From: Arcobacteraceae bacterium
Lineage (GTDB): Bacteria; Campylobacterota; Campylobacteria; Campylobacterales; Arcobacteraceae
Assembly: GCA_963662945.1 (NCBI GenBank)
Contig: OY759974.1
Coordinates: 1,312,001-1,376,000 of the forward strand
DNA: 64,000 nt
Direction of reading: 5' to 3'
Below the pieces are notes generated by a model. It worked only from the letters and a program-made list of their open reading frames with translations. It searched no databases and was not told the origin of the DNA. The position numbers and the translations under genes were made by a program. Shown here in pieces: positions 18,421 through 32,444 of the stretch (its first letter is position 1; every line of letters starts with the position of its first letter).

Positions 18421-19017
18421 ATGTTAGTAACAACAAAAGCTCCAGATTTTACAGCAACAGCTGTACTTGCAGACGGTCAAATAGTAGAAGATTTTAATTT
18501 AATGAAAAACTTAGGTTCAAAAGGTGCCGTATTATTTTTCTACCCATTAGACTTTACATTCGTATGTCCATCAGAAATTATTGCATTCTCTCACAGAATT
18601 GAAGAGTTTACTTCAAGAGGAATTAATGTAATTGGTGTATCTGTAGATTCACAATTCTCACACTTTGCATGGAGAGAAACTCCAATTGAAAAAGGTGGAA
18701 TTGGAAGAATTAAATACCCACTAGTTGCTGACTTAAGTAAACAAATTTCAAAAGACTATGATGTATTATTTGGAGATTCTGTTGCTTTAAGAGGATCATT
18801 CTTAATTGATGCTGATGGTACAATTAGACATGCAGTTATCAATGACTTACCTCTAGGAAGAAACATTGATGAGATGATTAGAATGGTTGATACAATGTTA
18901 TTTACAAACGAGCATGGTGAAGTTTGTCCTGCAGGTTGGACAAAAGGTGACGAAGGTATGAAAGCTTCAACAGAAGGTGTTGCTGCATACTTAGAAAAAA
19001 ATGCTGAAAAATTATAA
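18421..19017 (+). CDS. ahpC: Peroxiredoxin (alkyl hydroperoxide reductase C)
   Basis: FFYPLDFTFVCPSE, GEVCPAGW. Confidence 0.96.
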   Translation: MLVTTKAPDFTATAVLADGQIVEDFNLMKNLGSKGAVLFFYPLDFTFVCPSEIIAFSHRIEEFTSRGINVIGVSVDSQFSHFAWRETPIEKGGIGRIKYPLVADLSKQISKDYDVLFGDSVALRGSFLIDADGTIRHAVINDLPLGRNIDEMIRMVDTMLFTNEHGEVCPAGWTKGDEGMKASTEGVAAYLEKNAEKL

Positions 19018-19039
19018 TAATTAATTCATTTTAATCTTT

Positions 19040-19071
19040 AAGGGGAGATGTGAAAACATCTCCCCTTTTTT
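19040..19071 (+). terminator. Intrinsic terminator after ahpC
   Basis: AAGGGGAGATG-TGAAAA-CATCTCCCCTT followed by a T-run. Confidence 0.85.
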
Positions 19072-20188
19072 ATGGATGGATTACTATTTCGGTAATCTCA
19101 GAAGTAGCACCTAATCGCATAGGTGGTCCCCAAAAACCTGTTCCTTTATTTACATAAATTTGTAAATTTTCATTATGTTGATGTAAACCTTCAATATAAG
19201 GTTGAACTATTTTAACCAAAAATCTAAATGGATAAAGCTGTCCACCATGCGTATGCCCACTTAACATCAAATCAACTTCCTCTTTAACTTCATCTATAAA
19301 TTTTGGCTGATGGGCTAAAAGAACTGTAGGAGAATTTTTTTCTATATTTAAAAGAGCTTTTTTAATATCTGGTATATATCTATTGATCCTATATCCAAAA
19401 ACATCATAAACTCCTGCAAGATTAAATCCTTTATCTTTTTCTCCTATATAAATATTTTCATTTTCTAATACCGTTATCCCTAATGATTTAACAGTAGCTA
19501 CAATTTCTTCAATTCCATGAAAATACTCATGATTTCCTACTATAAAATAAGTTCCATAAGAAGATTTTAATTTTATAAATTGCTCCAAAGCTTTTTTTGC
19601 TGAACTTATTTTTATATCTATTAAATCTCCAGTGATAACAACTAAATCTGGCTTTAATTCATTTACCTTATTAACAATATCTCCAATAAATTTTTCATCT
19701 ATAAGTCCACCAATATGAATATCACTCAACTGTACTATTTTATATGGTTGTTTTAGATTTTTTAATTTTATATCTACTTTTTCAATTTTTACAAACCTCG
19801 CTTCGTATAAAGCCCTCCCACTTAAAGCAACTGCTCCAAATAAAGAAAATATATCAAGTGATTTTTTTAAAAACTTTCTTCTTGAGGATTGAAGTGGTAT
19901 ATTCTCTATAGTGACTCTAGCGATATCATAAATTACTGCCGTACAAAAAAGTAAAAACAATACACCTATAGGAAGTGAAAATAAAAAATAAAGAGTATTA
20001 GGGATATTTGCATAATATCTCCCACTTAAATATCCAATAATCCCTATAAAATTTATCACTAAGAATATATTAAAATACTTTTTATACTTTCTATTGATAT
20101 CTAGTTTTTCTATAAACCTTTTAGATACATAAAAACTTATCAGCACAAACACAATCAAAAAAATTATCATAAATATTGTTATTCTCAT
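19070..20188 (-). CDS. Membrane-anchored calcineurin-like metallophosphoesterase (YkuE/YaeI type)
   Basis: QLSDIH, ITGDLID, GNHEY, LAHQP, LSGHTHGGQ; N-terminal TMs. Confidence 0.9.
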   Translation of the reverse strand: MRITIFMIIFLIVFVLISFYVSKRFIEKLDINRKYKKYFNIFLVINFIGIIGYLSGRYYANIPNTLYFLFSLPIGVLFLLFCTAVIYDIARVTIENIPLQSSRRKFLKKSLDIFSLFGAVALSGRALYEARFVKIEKVDIKLKNLKQPYKIVQLSDIHIGGLIDEKFIGDIVNKVNELKPDLVVITGDLIDIKISSAKKALEQFIKLKSSYGTYFIVGNHEYFHGIEEIVATVKSLGITVLENENIYIGEKDKGFNLAGVYDVFGYRINRYIPDIKKALLNIEKNSPTVLLAHQPKFIDEVKEEVDLMLSGHTHGGQLYPFRFLVKIVQPYIEGLHQHNENLQIYVNKGTGFWGPPMRLGATSEITEIVIHP

Positions 20189-20226
20189 AACTAAAAGTAT
20201 ATACTTAATTTGCTATAATCCACTTT

Positions 20227-20445
20227 ATGGAAAATAATATAAAAATAGAACTCAATTCACATATTGTACAAGATCTTCAAGTATTTTCTGAAATTTTAGG
20301 AAAAACACCAAGTGAAATTATCAACACAGCATTAAAAGATTATTTTGAAAAAGAACAAGAGAAATTAGATGCAGATACTTTAGATATGGATAATGGTATG
20401 TCAAAGATGGACTTCAATGAATTTTGGGATGGTGTAGATATATAA
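20227..20445 (+). CDS. Small hypothetical protein (possible ribbon-helix-helix N-terminus)
   Basis: 72-aa ORF; KTPSEIINTALKDYF; acidic tail FNEFWDGVDI. Confidence 0.65.
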   Translation: MENNIKIELNSHIVQDLQVFSEILGKTPSEIINTALKDYFEKEQEKLDADTLDMDNGMSKMDFNEFWDGVDI

Positions 20446-20569
20446 CACGAGATTTTTTACTTGTTTTTATTAAATATCCCATATAAGAAAAAGTAAATAA
20501 AACTTAGATATAATCAAAATTAAAATCAAATAGGGGTATTTTTATCCTAAATAAAATAGTATAAGGTAA

Positions 20570-21919
<1,350 letters not shown>

Positions 21920-21944
21920 AACTATAGATTTTTAATCTATAGTT
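21920..21944 (+). terminator. Hairpin after thiC
   Basis: AACTATAGATT-TTT-AATCTATAGTT. Confidence 0.5.
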
Positions 21945-22035
21945 GAATAGTTATTCACTTTTAGTTTTTTTAATTAAGACTATTTTTATCTTATTTAGAT
22001 ATACTCAACCTTAGATATTAATTAAGGATATAATT

Positions 22036-23094
22036 GTGACTACAGAAGAGATAATCTTTGCTCTTATAAGCTTATCTATAGGAATAGCATATGGAGTTAT
22101 TGCTCAAAGAGAACAATTTTGTTTTAGTGGTGGTATAAAAGATTTAATACTTTTCAAACATACAAGAAGAACAGCTTCACTTATAATAGCGATTACAACT
22201 GCCATCGTTTTTACTCAAATATTTTCTGGGATTTATAATGTTGATTTAACCCAAACTAGATATTATCTCAATGTAAATTACTTATTTATAATCATTGGTG
22301 GTGCAATGTTTGGTTTTGGAATGATGATTAGCGATGGTTGTAGTTCAAGACATTTAATAAAATTTGCACAAGGGGATATGGACTCATTACATATCCTTAT
22401 CTCTCTTGGAATATTCTCTTTTCTAACCTACACTATTATGGGATATTTTTCTACTAGCATCTATTCAAGTGACATTATAGCTAGTGCTCAAATACAAAAA
22501 TCAATACATATACCTATATATATTATGGGAATTATTTTATTATTCTTACTTTACAAAAGTTTAAAAAAATGTAGAAATATTTTTCAAACGTGGGATGGTT
22601 TTTTAATTGGATTATTAATAACAGCTGGTTGGTATCTTACTACTATAGTTGCTGATAACTATTTTTTAACACAATCTAAACAAAGTTTATCTTTTGTCTA
22701 TCCTTTGGGGAAAATTGTTGAATATGTACTAAGTGGTTTTAGTAGTAATATATTAATATTTTCTGTTCTTGCTATGGTGGGTGTAGTAATTGGTGCTTTT
22801 ATATCTTCAAAATTTAATAAAAAATACTCATCAAAATTTATGTGTAACAATTCACAACAAAATCCTCCTAAACTTTTTGAAAAAATAGTTGGTGGTGCAT
22901 TTATGGGAATAGGTGGTATACTTGCTATAGGATGTACTGTAGGGCAAGGACTTAGTGGACTTTCCACTTTATCGTTTGCTTCACTTCTTGCAATTGGTTC
23001 AATTTATATATCTGCATATCTCACTGCACTTTATATGAAAAAGAAAAATGCACTTATAGCATGTTTTGTTTTTGATTTTGAAGAGAAAAAATAA
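22036..23094 (+). CDS. YeeE/YedE family sulfur-compound (thiosulfate) transporter
   Basis: Three conserved Cys motifs QFCFSGG, SDGCSSR, IGCTVGQGLSG; multi-TM. Confidence 0.85.
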   Translation: MTTEEIIFALISLSIGIAYGVIAQREQFCFSGGIKDLILFKHTRRTASLIIAITTAIVFTQIFSGIYNVDLTQTRYYLNVNYLFIIIGGAMFGFGMMISDGCSSRHLIKFAQGDMDSLHILISLGIFSFLTYTIMGYFSTSIYSSDIIASAQIQKSIHIPIYIMGIILLFLLYKSLKKCRNIFQTWDGFLIGLLITAGWYLTTIVADNYFLTQSKQSLSFVYPLGKIVEYVLSGFSSNILIFSVLAMVGVVIGAFISSKFNKKYSSKFMCNNSQQNPPKLFEKIVGGAFMGIGGILAIGCTVGQGLSGLSTLSFASLLAIGSIYISAYLTALYMKKKNALIACFVFDFEEKK

Positions 23095-23164
23095 GATAGT
23101 TCTATTAAGACTAAATTTATCTTAATTGGTTAGAATTTGAAAAATTTAAATAAGGATTAAAAAT

Positions 23165-24373
23165 ATGGCAAATATAGATGATATAAAAGAAAAATTAAAA
23201 TCTGTTGCATATCCTGGATTCACAAAATCTATAATAGATTTTGGTTTTGTAAAAGATATCGAACTCAATGGAAATGATGTAATAATTGATTTAGAAATCA
23301 CTTCAAGTGCTCAAGAAGTTGAGGATACCTTAAAAGATGATATAACAAAAGAATTAAAAGTTTTAGGACTTCAAAATATTCAAATCATAGTAAAAAAACC
23401 AAGCGCACCAAAACAACAAAGTAACAGTGTAAGTGGAAAAAATATAGCACCACAAGTAAAAAACTTTGTAATGGTTAGTTCAGGAAAAGGTGGTGTTGGA
23501 AAATCAACAACATCAGTAAACTTAGCAATTGCTCTTGCAATGCAAGGGAAAAAAGTGGGACTACTTGATGCAGATATCTATGGTCCAAATATTCCAAGAA
23601 TGGTTGGATTTGAAGGGCAAGAACCAGAAATCGTTGGAAATAAAGTAATCCCTTTTAAAGCATACGGTATTGAGATGATGTCTATGGGAAGTTTAATAGA
23701 TCAAGGACAAGCTTTAATGTGGAGAGGTGCAATGGTTATGAAAGCTATTACACAGCTTTTACAAGATATCGCTTGGGGTGAATTAGATGTATTAGTTATT
23801 GATATGCCACCAGGAACTGGTGATGCACAATTAACTCTTGCACAATCAGTTCCAGTAGCAGCTGGAGTTAACGTAACAACTCCTCAACATGTGGCACTTG
23901 ATGATTCAAGAAGAAGTTTAGATATGTTTAAAAAACTTCATATTCCAGTAGCTGGTATAGTTGAAAATATGTCTGGGTTTGTTTGTCCAAAATGTGGTGA
24001 AGAATCTGATATCTTTGGAGCTGGAACTTGTGAAGATTTAGCAAAAGAATATGGTACTAAAGTTATTGCAAATATTCCTATTGAACCAAGTATTAGAGTT
24101 GGAGGAGATGAAGGAAAGCCAATAGTTTATTTCTATCCAGATAGTGCAAGTGGAAAAAGATATTTAAAAGCGGCAGAAGCTTTATGGGAAAATATTCAAG
24201 AATCACATAAAGAGGGAAAAATAGGTAATGAAGCTATTCAACCAACAATGCCAGCTGGAGTAAGTGCTTGTAGTACAGAAGGTCAAGCACATAAAGCAAA
24301 ACAAGAAGCTACTAAAAGTGGTGGTTGTGGATCTCATGGTGGTGATGGACAAGGTGGATGTGGTTGCCACTAA
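23165..24373 (+). CDS. mrp: Mrp/ApbC Fe-S cluster carrier ATPase with Cys/Gly-rich tail
   Basis: SGKGGVGKST, DADIYGP, IDMPPGTGD, VENMSGFVCPKC. Confidence 0.93.
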   Translation: MANIDDIKEKLKSVAYPGFTKSIIDFGFVKDIELNGNDVIIDLEITSSAQEVEDTLKDDITKELKVLGLQNIQIIVKKPSAPKQQSNSVSGKNIAPQVKNFVMVSSGKGGVGKSTTSVNLAIALAMQGKKVGLLDADIYGPNIPRMVGFEGQEPEIVGNKVIPFKAYGIEMMSMGSLIDQGQALMWRGAMVMKAITQLLQDIAWGELDVLVIDMPPGTGDAQLTLAQSVPVAAGVNVTTPQHVALDDSRRSLDMFKKLHIPVAGIVENMSGFVCPKCGEESDIFGAGTCEDLAKEYGTKVIANIPIEPSIRVGGDEGKPIVYFYPDSASGKRYLKAAEALWENIQESHKEGKIGNEAIQPTMPAGVSACSTEGQAHKAKQEATKSGGCGSHGGDGQGGCGCH

Positions 24374-24395
24374 AAAGTAACCATATAAAAAATTT

Positions 24396-24429
24396 AAAAG
24401 CTTGTAAGTTTATCTTACAAGCTTTTTTT
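24396..24429 (+). terminator. Intrinsic terminator after mrp
   Basis: AAAAGCTTGTAAG-TTTAT-CTTACAAGCTTTT plus T-run. Confidence 0.85.
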
Positions 24430-24463
24430 ATATAATACTAAAATTAAATCCCAAAGGAAAAAT

Positions 24464-25144
24464 ATGAAAGTAGATTTATTACAACACAGTAGTTTAGAAG
24501 TTTGTGCACATGCTATTAGAACTTGCTGGCAAAGTTTTGACAAAAGTGATGATGGCGGTGAAAAAGATAAAGAACTTATCAACAGAGTTGGAAATAAATT
24601 TAAACATGCTTCAACATTAGAACATCTTTCATATACCTTTTATATCAGTGGAGTAAGTCGTGCACTACTTCAAGAATTAGCACGTCACAGAATGGCAAGC
24701 CCAAGTGTAAAAAGTACACGATATACATTAAAAGAATTAAAAGATGAAGCATCTTTTACAGATGGTGCTAGTATGATTGAACTAAAAGCTAAATATACAA
24801 ATCCAACTGAAGTTTATGCAGATAAACATATGATTCGAGCTAGTAAATATCTTGTTTGGACAGGGGAGCTTGGTGTTGATTTTTCTTCAATTGTAGCTTT
24901 AGAAAATTTACGATTAATGTTAATAGATGGTATTGCAAACGATAAAGCAAAATATTGTTTACCAGAAAGTTATAAAACTGAACTTACATGGAGTATCAAC
25001 GCAAGAAGTTTACAAAACTTTATCTCTTTACGTAGTAGTAAAAGTGCTTTATGGGAAATAAGAGACTTAGCAAAATTATTATTTGAATCACTCCCTGAAG
25101 ATCATCAATATCTCTTTAATGATTGTATTTTAAGTGAACATTAA
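24464..25144 (+). CDS. thyX: FAD-dependent thymidylate synthase
   Basis: HASTLEH, QELARHR-x7-S, NARSLQNFISLR, WEIRDLA. Confidence 0.93.
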   Translation: MKVDLLQHSSLEVCAHAIRTCWQSFDKSDDGGEKDKELINRVGNKFKHASTLEHLSYTFYISGVSRALLQELARHRMASPSVKSTRYTLKELKDEASFTDGASMIELKAKYTNPTEVYADKHMIRASKYLVWTGELGVDFSSIVALENLRLMLIDGIANDKAKYCLPESYKTELTWSINARSLQNFISLRSSKSALWEIRDLAKLLFESLPEDHQYLFNDCILSEH

Positions 25145-25205
25145 TAGTTTCATTTAAGTTTAATATAGTTATAATGGACATAATTTATGCGAGGTAAGTT
25201 TTAGA

Positions 25206-25595
25206 ATGAATATAGAATTAATAAAAACTTTAAAAGTGTTATATGTAGAAGATGAAATTATCTTGAGAGATACAACATGTAATTCTTTAAATTCTATACT
25301 AAAAGAAGTTGTTGTAGCTGATAATGGTAAAGAAGGTCTAGAAAAATTTAAAAATGATAAATTTGACTTGATTATAACTGATTTATCAATGCCTGTAATG
25401 TCAGGAACTGAAATGATTATGGCAATTAGAGAAATTGATAAAACTATACCTATTATTATAACAACAGCATATGGTAGTCAGAACATTGAAGTTCAAGAAT
25501 TATCTAAAATAGGTATGACTGACTATGTTATGAAACCTGTTGATGTTATGAAACTTGTTGAAACTATAGATAAAGCAGTATCTACTAATTCTTAG
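25206..25595 (+). CDS. Single-domain response regulator (CheY-like)
   Basis: [30 protein letters not shown]. Confidence 0.9.
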   Translation: MNIELIKTLKVLYVEDEIILRDTTCNSLNSILKEVVVADNGKEGLEKFKNDKFDLIITDLSMPVMSGTEMIMAIREIDKTIPIIITTAYGSQNIEVQELSKIGMTDYVMKPVDVMKLVETIDKAVSTNS

Positions 25596-26073
25596 AACGA
25601 AACTTCACTCTTTGTGCATGAGTGAGTGAAACAGCAATTGCATCAGTAATATCAAGAGGTTTAATCTCTTGTTTTATCCCTAAAAGTCTTTTTACCATAA
25701 ATGCAACTTGTTCTTTTGTAGCTTTTCCATTTCCAACAACTGCCTTTTTCACTTGTAAAGGTGTATATTCACTAAAATTACCAAGTTCTTGAAGTATTTT
25801 TAAACTTAATGCTCCTCGAAACTGTGCCAACTTTATAACAGACTTAGGGTTAAAAGCAAAAAACATATCTTCTATAGCAACTTCATCTATTTTGTTATTT
25901 TTCAAAATTATGTCTATTCCTTCTATTAATTCAACAATTTGTTCTTGTAAAATTCTACTTTTTATTTTAATAAGTCCCGCTTCAATCAATTTTGGTTTAT
26001 TCACATTTTCACTTAACTCTAAAACCGCATAACCACAGTTAATTGTCCCAGGATCTATACCTAATATTTTCAA
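25585..26073 (-). CDS. ruvC: Holliday junction resolvase (probable TTG start at 26073)
   Basis: [37 protein letters not shown]. Confidence 0.93.
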   Translation of the reverse strand: MKILGIDPGTINCGYAVLELSENVNKPKLIEAGLIKIKSRILQEQIVELIEGIDIILKNNKIDEVAIEDMFFAFNPKSVIKLAQFRGALSLKILQELGNFSEYTPLQVKKAVVGNGKATKEQVAFMVKRLLGIKQEIKPLDITDAIAVSLTHAQRVKFRSKN

Positions 26074-26115
26074 CTTTTCACACCTTTTCACAATATAAAT
26101 CAATAGTATTTCACA
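26074..26115 (+). promoter_or_regulatory. oriC1 DnaA-box cluster
   Basis: CTTTTCACA (26074, 26084) and TATTTCACA (26107) between ruvC and dnaA. Confidence 0.7.
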
Positions 26116-26227
26116 TATATTTACTATTATATCCATATATTCTTACTTTTTATTTTTTACTTTTTACTTTTTTTAGATATAATAAGAGAATTTACATTAA
26201 AAGATATATTAATTAGGATTATATAAT

Positions 26228-27547
26228 TTGACTACAAAAGAGATATTATCACAACTACAAGAAGAAGTATCAAAAAATGATTTTGATAGATACCTAAAAC
26301 AACTTGTATATAAGAAATCAAGTTCAAGTGATGAAATAGCTGTTTTTGAAGTAAACAATAAATTTATTGCAAATTATATCAAAACAAAATTTTCTTCTGT
26401 TATTCAAGATGTTTTTGAAAAAAATGCAGAAGCAAAACCATCTATTGAAATAAAAGTAACTGGAGAAAGAAGAAGAACAACAAAAGAGATACTCAATCAA
26501 AAAATCTCAAATGATAGTTCTGAAAGTACTATTTTAAATCAATCATATACCTTTGAATCATTTGTTGTTGGAAACTCTAATAAAATGGCTTACACAGCTT
26601 CGAAAGCAGTTGCAGAAAAACCTGGTGTTCAATATAATCCATTGTTTTTATATGGTGGAACTGGTCTTGGTAAAACACATTTACTACAAGCTATTGGTAA
26701 TGATGCTATAGAAAAAGATAGAAATGTGATCTATGTAACTGTTGAACAGTTTATGAATGATTTTTTATTTAGTATGAAAAATAAAAATTTGGAACATTTT
26801 AAATCTAAATATAGACAATGTGATCTTTTACTTATAGATGATGTTCAATTTTTAAGTGGAAAAGAGACAACTCAAGAGGAGTTTTTTCACACTTTCAATG
26901 AACTTCATAATGCAAATAAACAGATAGTTTTAACAAGTGACAAACTTCCATCACAAATTGCTGGTCTTGAAGAGAGATTAAAAAGTAGATTTGATCATGG
27001 ATTAAAATCACATATTCAACTTCCAGAACTTGAAACTAAAATTGCAATTATTGAGAAAAAAAGTGAATTAAATGGTATTCATCTTAATAAAGATATTGTA
27101 CACTATATAGCAACAAATCTTGGTAATTCAATACGAGAAATTGAAGGTGTACTTATTCAAATAAATGCAAATGCAAATTTAATAGGTGGTGATATTAATA
27201 TAGATCTTGTAAAACGAGTTTTAAAAGATCAAATTAAAGAAACAAAAGAAAATATAAAACTTATTGATATTATTAATGTTGTTTCAAATGAATTAAATAT
27301 AAAACCATCAGATCTTAAATCATCAAAAAGAACAAAAAATGTTGTTGATGGAAGAAGAACTGTAATTTATCTAGCACGTGAGCTTACACATAACTCTATG
27401 CCAGATATTGCAAAGTTTTTAGGTATGAAAGATCACTCTAGTGTATCAAAAAATATTTCTAAAGCAAATGAACTTATAGAAACAGATGAAAATTTTAGAT
27501 TAAAACTTGAAAATCTAAAAAATAAAATTATAAATAAGGACTATTAA
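26228..27547 (+). CDS. dnaA: Chromosomal replication initiator (TTG start)
   Basis: YNPLFLYGGTGLGKTHLL, LLIDDVQF, QEEFFHTFN, KDHSSV. Confidence 0.98.
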   Translation: MTTKEILSQLQEEVSKNDFDRYLKQLVYKKSSSSDEIAVFEVNNKFIANYIKTKFSSVIQDVFEKNAEAKPSIEIKVTGERRRTTKEILNQKISNDSSESTILNQSYTFESFVVGNSNKMAYTASKAVAEKPGVQYNPLFLYGGTGLGKTHLLQAIGNDAIEKDRNVIYVTVEQFMNDFLFSMKNKNLEHFKSKYRQCDLLLIDDVQFLSGKETTQEEFFHTFNELHNANKQIVLTSDKLPSQIAGLEERLKSRFDHGLKSHIQLPELETKIAIIEKKSELNGIHLNKDIVHYIATNLGNSIREIEGVLIQINANANLIGGDINIDLVKRVLKDQIKETKENIKLIDIINVVSNELNIKPSDLKSSKRTKNVVDGRRTVIYLARELTHNSMPDIAKFLGMKDHSSVSKNISKANELIETDENFRLKLENLKNKIINKDY

Positions 27548-27557
27548 GATATGTAAA

Positions 27558-27685
27558 TGTGAATAGATGTGAACAAAATATCTTTATTTGAAACAAAAAA
27601 TTTGCTTTAAATAAAGGCTTTATAAGTTGTTTTCATCTATTCACACCTACTACTGCTAATACTACTTATTTAATAATATAATAAA
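27558..27685 (+). other. oriC2: DnaA boxes, DnaA-trios and AT-rich unwinding element
   Basis: TGTGAATAG (27558), TGTGAACAA (27568), CTATTCACA (27637), then CC, TAC TAC TGC TAA TAC TAC and an AT-rich stretch. Confidence 0.85.
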
Positions 27686-27695
27686 AGGGGAAAAA

Positions 27696-31104
<3,409 letters not shown>

Positions 31105-31112
31105 TTCTAATG

Positions 31113-31140
31113 AAGATAAGAAGTAACAACTTCTTATCTT
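31113..31140. terminator. Hairpin between convergent gyrB and the lipoprotein gene
   Basis: AAGATAAGAAGT-AACA-ACTTCTTATCTT. Confidence 0.6.
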
Positions 31141-31658
31141 ATACATTCTTTAAATTTAGGATCTTCAAATATTTTTTCAATATTTAATTTTATAACTTCA
31201 TTTAGACTTCCAAATACATTAGAAAATTTAGGGGTTCTTTTCTTAATTTGCTGAGATTTATTATAACAATTATCAATTTTGTAAGTAATATCTAATGTCC
31301 AATCAATATTATAACCTAAATCATCAATTATAAATTCATTTATATCACCATGGATTGTTTTATTAGAATTCTCATCAATATTGATACCTACAAATCTTGA
31401 TTCAGCAAATATAGCATTTTCTATATAAGTGTTAATATTTTTTTCAAAATAAATTGAACCCATTGCAGTGTTTTTAATTTGATTGGCTTTTACTATATTT
31501 TTTTCAGCGGGTAAATAATTAAAGTCTCCTACATTCATTGAACCTTTTACAGTTTTTAAAGAACTAGGTGCATAGTTAATTATATGCTCTTTTTGAGCAC
31601 AACCTGTTAATCCAAGAACAATAAATATTCCTACAAGACTTAAATACATTTTTTTCAT
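31134..31658 (-). CDS. Lipoprotein of unknown function
   Basis: Lipobox LTG-C after a hydrophobic signal; AAGGA SD. Confidence 0.8.
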   Translation of the reverse strand: MKKMYLSLVGIFIVLGLTGCAQKEHIINYAPSSLKTVKGSMNVGDFNYLPAEKNIVKANQIKNTAMGSIYFEKNINTYIENAIFAESRFVGINIDENSNKTIHGDINEFIIDDLGYNIDWTLDITYKIDNCYNKSQQIKKRTPKFSNVFGSLNEVIKLNIEKIFEDPKFKECIR

Positions 31659-31751
31659 TTTTATCCTTTTCTATTAAATTAGATTATTATATCAAAAGAA
31701 TGTCACATCTAATGTCACATTTTTAGTTTATTATATCTATCATATAGTGAT

Positions 31752-32234
31752 TTATTTAAAATACTTAACAACAATTTCTTCTATAGGTTCCCATAGACTC
31801 ACTTGTCCATTTTTTTCATTAAAAACTTTACCATGATTTTTTTCTGATATAGTTTTTAATAGATTATAATTTGATAGAAATACTTTAGGATCAAGATTAC
31901 TATGCATTTCGAGTAATCTTGTACTTATAGTGTGCTTATTGTTATTTGATAGACTCATAAATGTATTTAATATTTTGTAATTATATTGATTTTGTTTTTT
32001 TAACCACAAAGGCACTTTCCTTTTTACTTTTTCAATTTCTAGTGCCTCTGTATTTTCATTGAGTTTGTATCTTTTTTTCTTTTTTAATTTAACAGTTTCT
32101 AACTCATTTAATAATAATTTTGTATTTGCCATAATTGAAAGGAGTTTATCCTCGATTATTTTATTTTCAATTAGTATGCTTTCTTTATAGGCTAATTTAG
32201 TTTCTTCTAAAATACTGTTCATTATATCTTTCAT
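31752..32234 (-). CDS. Hypothetical protein (about 160 aa), possible DNA-binding C-terminal domain
   Basis: AAGGA SD before ATG at 32234; basic patch then KVKRKVPLW...KNHGKVF...VSLWEPI. Confidence 0.7.
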   Translation of the reverse strand: MKDIMNSILEETKLAYKESILIENKIIEDKLLSIMANTKLLLNELETVKLKKKKRYKLNENTEALEIEKVKRKVPLWLKKQNQYNYKILNTFMSLSNNNKHTISTRLLEMHSNLDPKVFLSNYNLLKTISEKNHGKVFNEKNGQVSLWEPIEEIVVKYFK

Positions 32235-32391
32235 AAGTATCCTTTTTGTAAGCAATATTTTATAATAAGAAAACTTATTAATATATAAGTTCTTATAAGT
32301 TTCTTATTAGAAACTTATAATTAAGTATATTATAATATTATATTTTGCCTATTTTAATAGATAAAAAATTATTTATTTCATTTTAGGAAAT

Positions 32392-32424
32392 AAAAAAAGG
32401 TTACCATTGTCTGGCAACCTTTTT
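32392..32424 (-). terminator. Intrinsic terminator after DAHP synthase
   Basis: AAAAAAAGGTTACCA-TTGTC-TGGCAACCTTTTT. Confidence 0.75.
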
Positions 32425-32444
32425 AATAATTTTTGAGGAGAAGT

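Noticed and set aside
19860-19890. SSRRKFLK twin-arginine motif in the metallophosphoesterase
   Set aside because: Internal, after several TMs, and a common feature of this family
26074-26136. N-terminal extension of ruvC
   Set aside because: The region is oriC1; RuvC homology begins at the TTG at 26073
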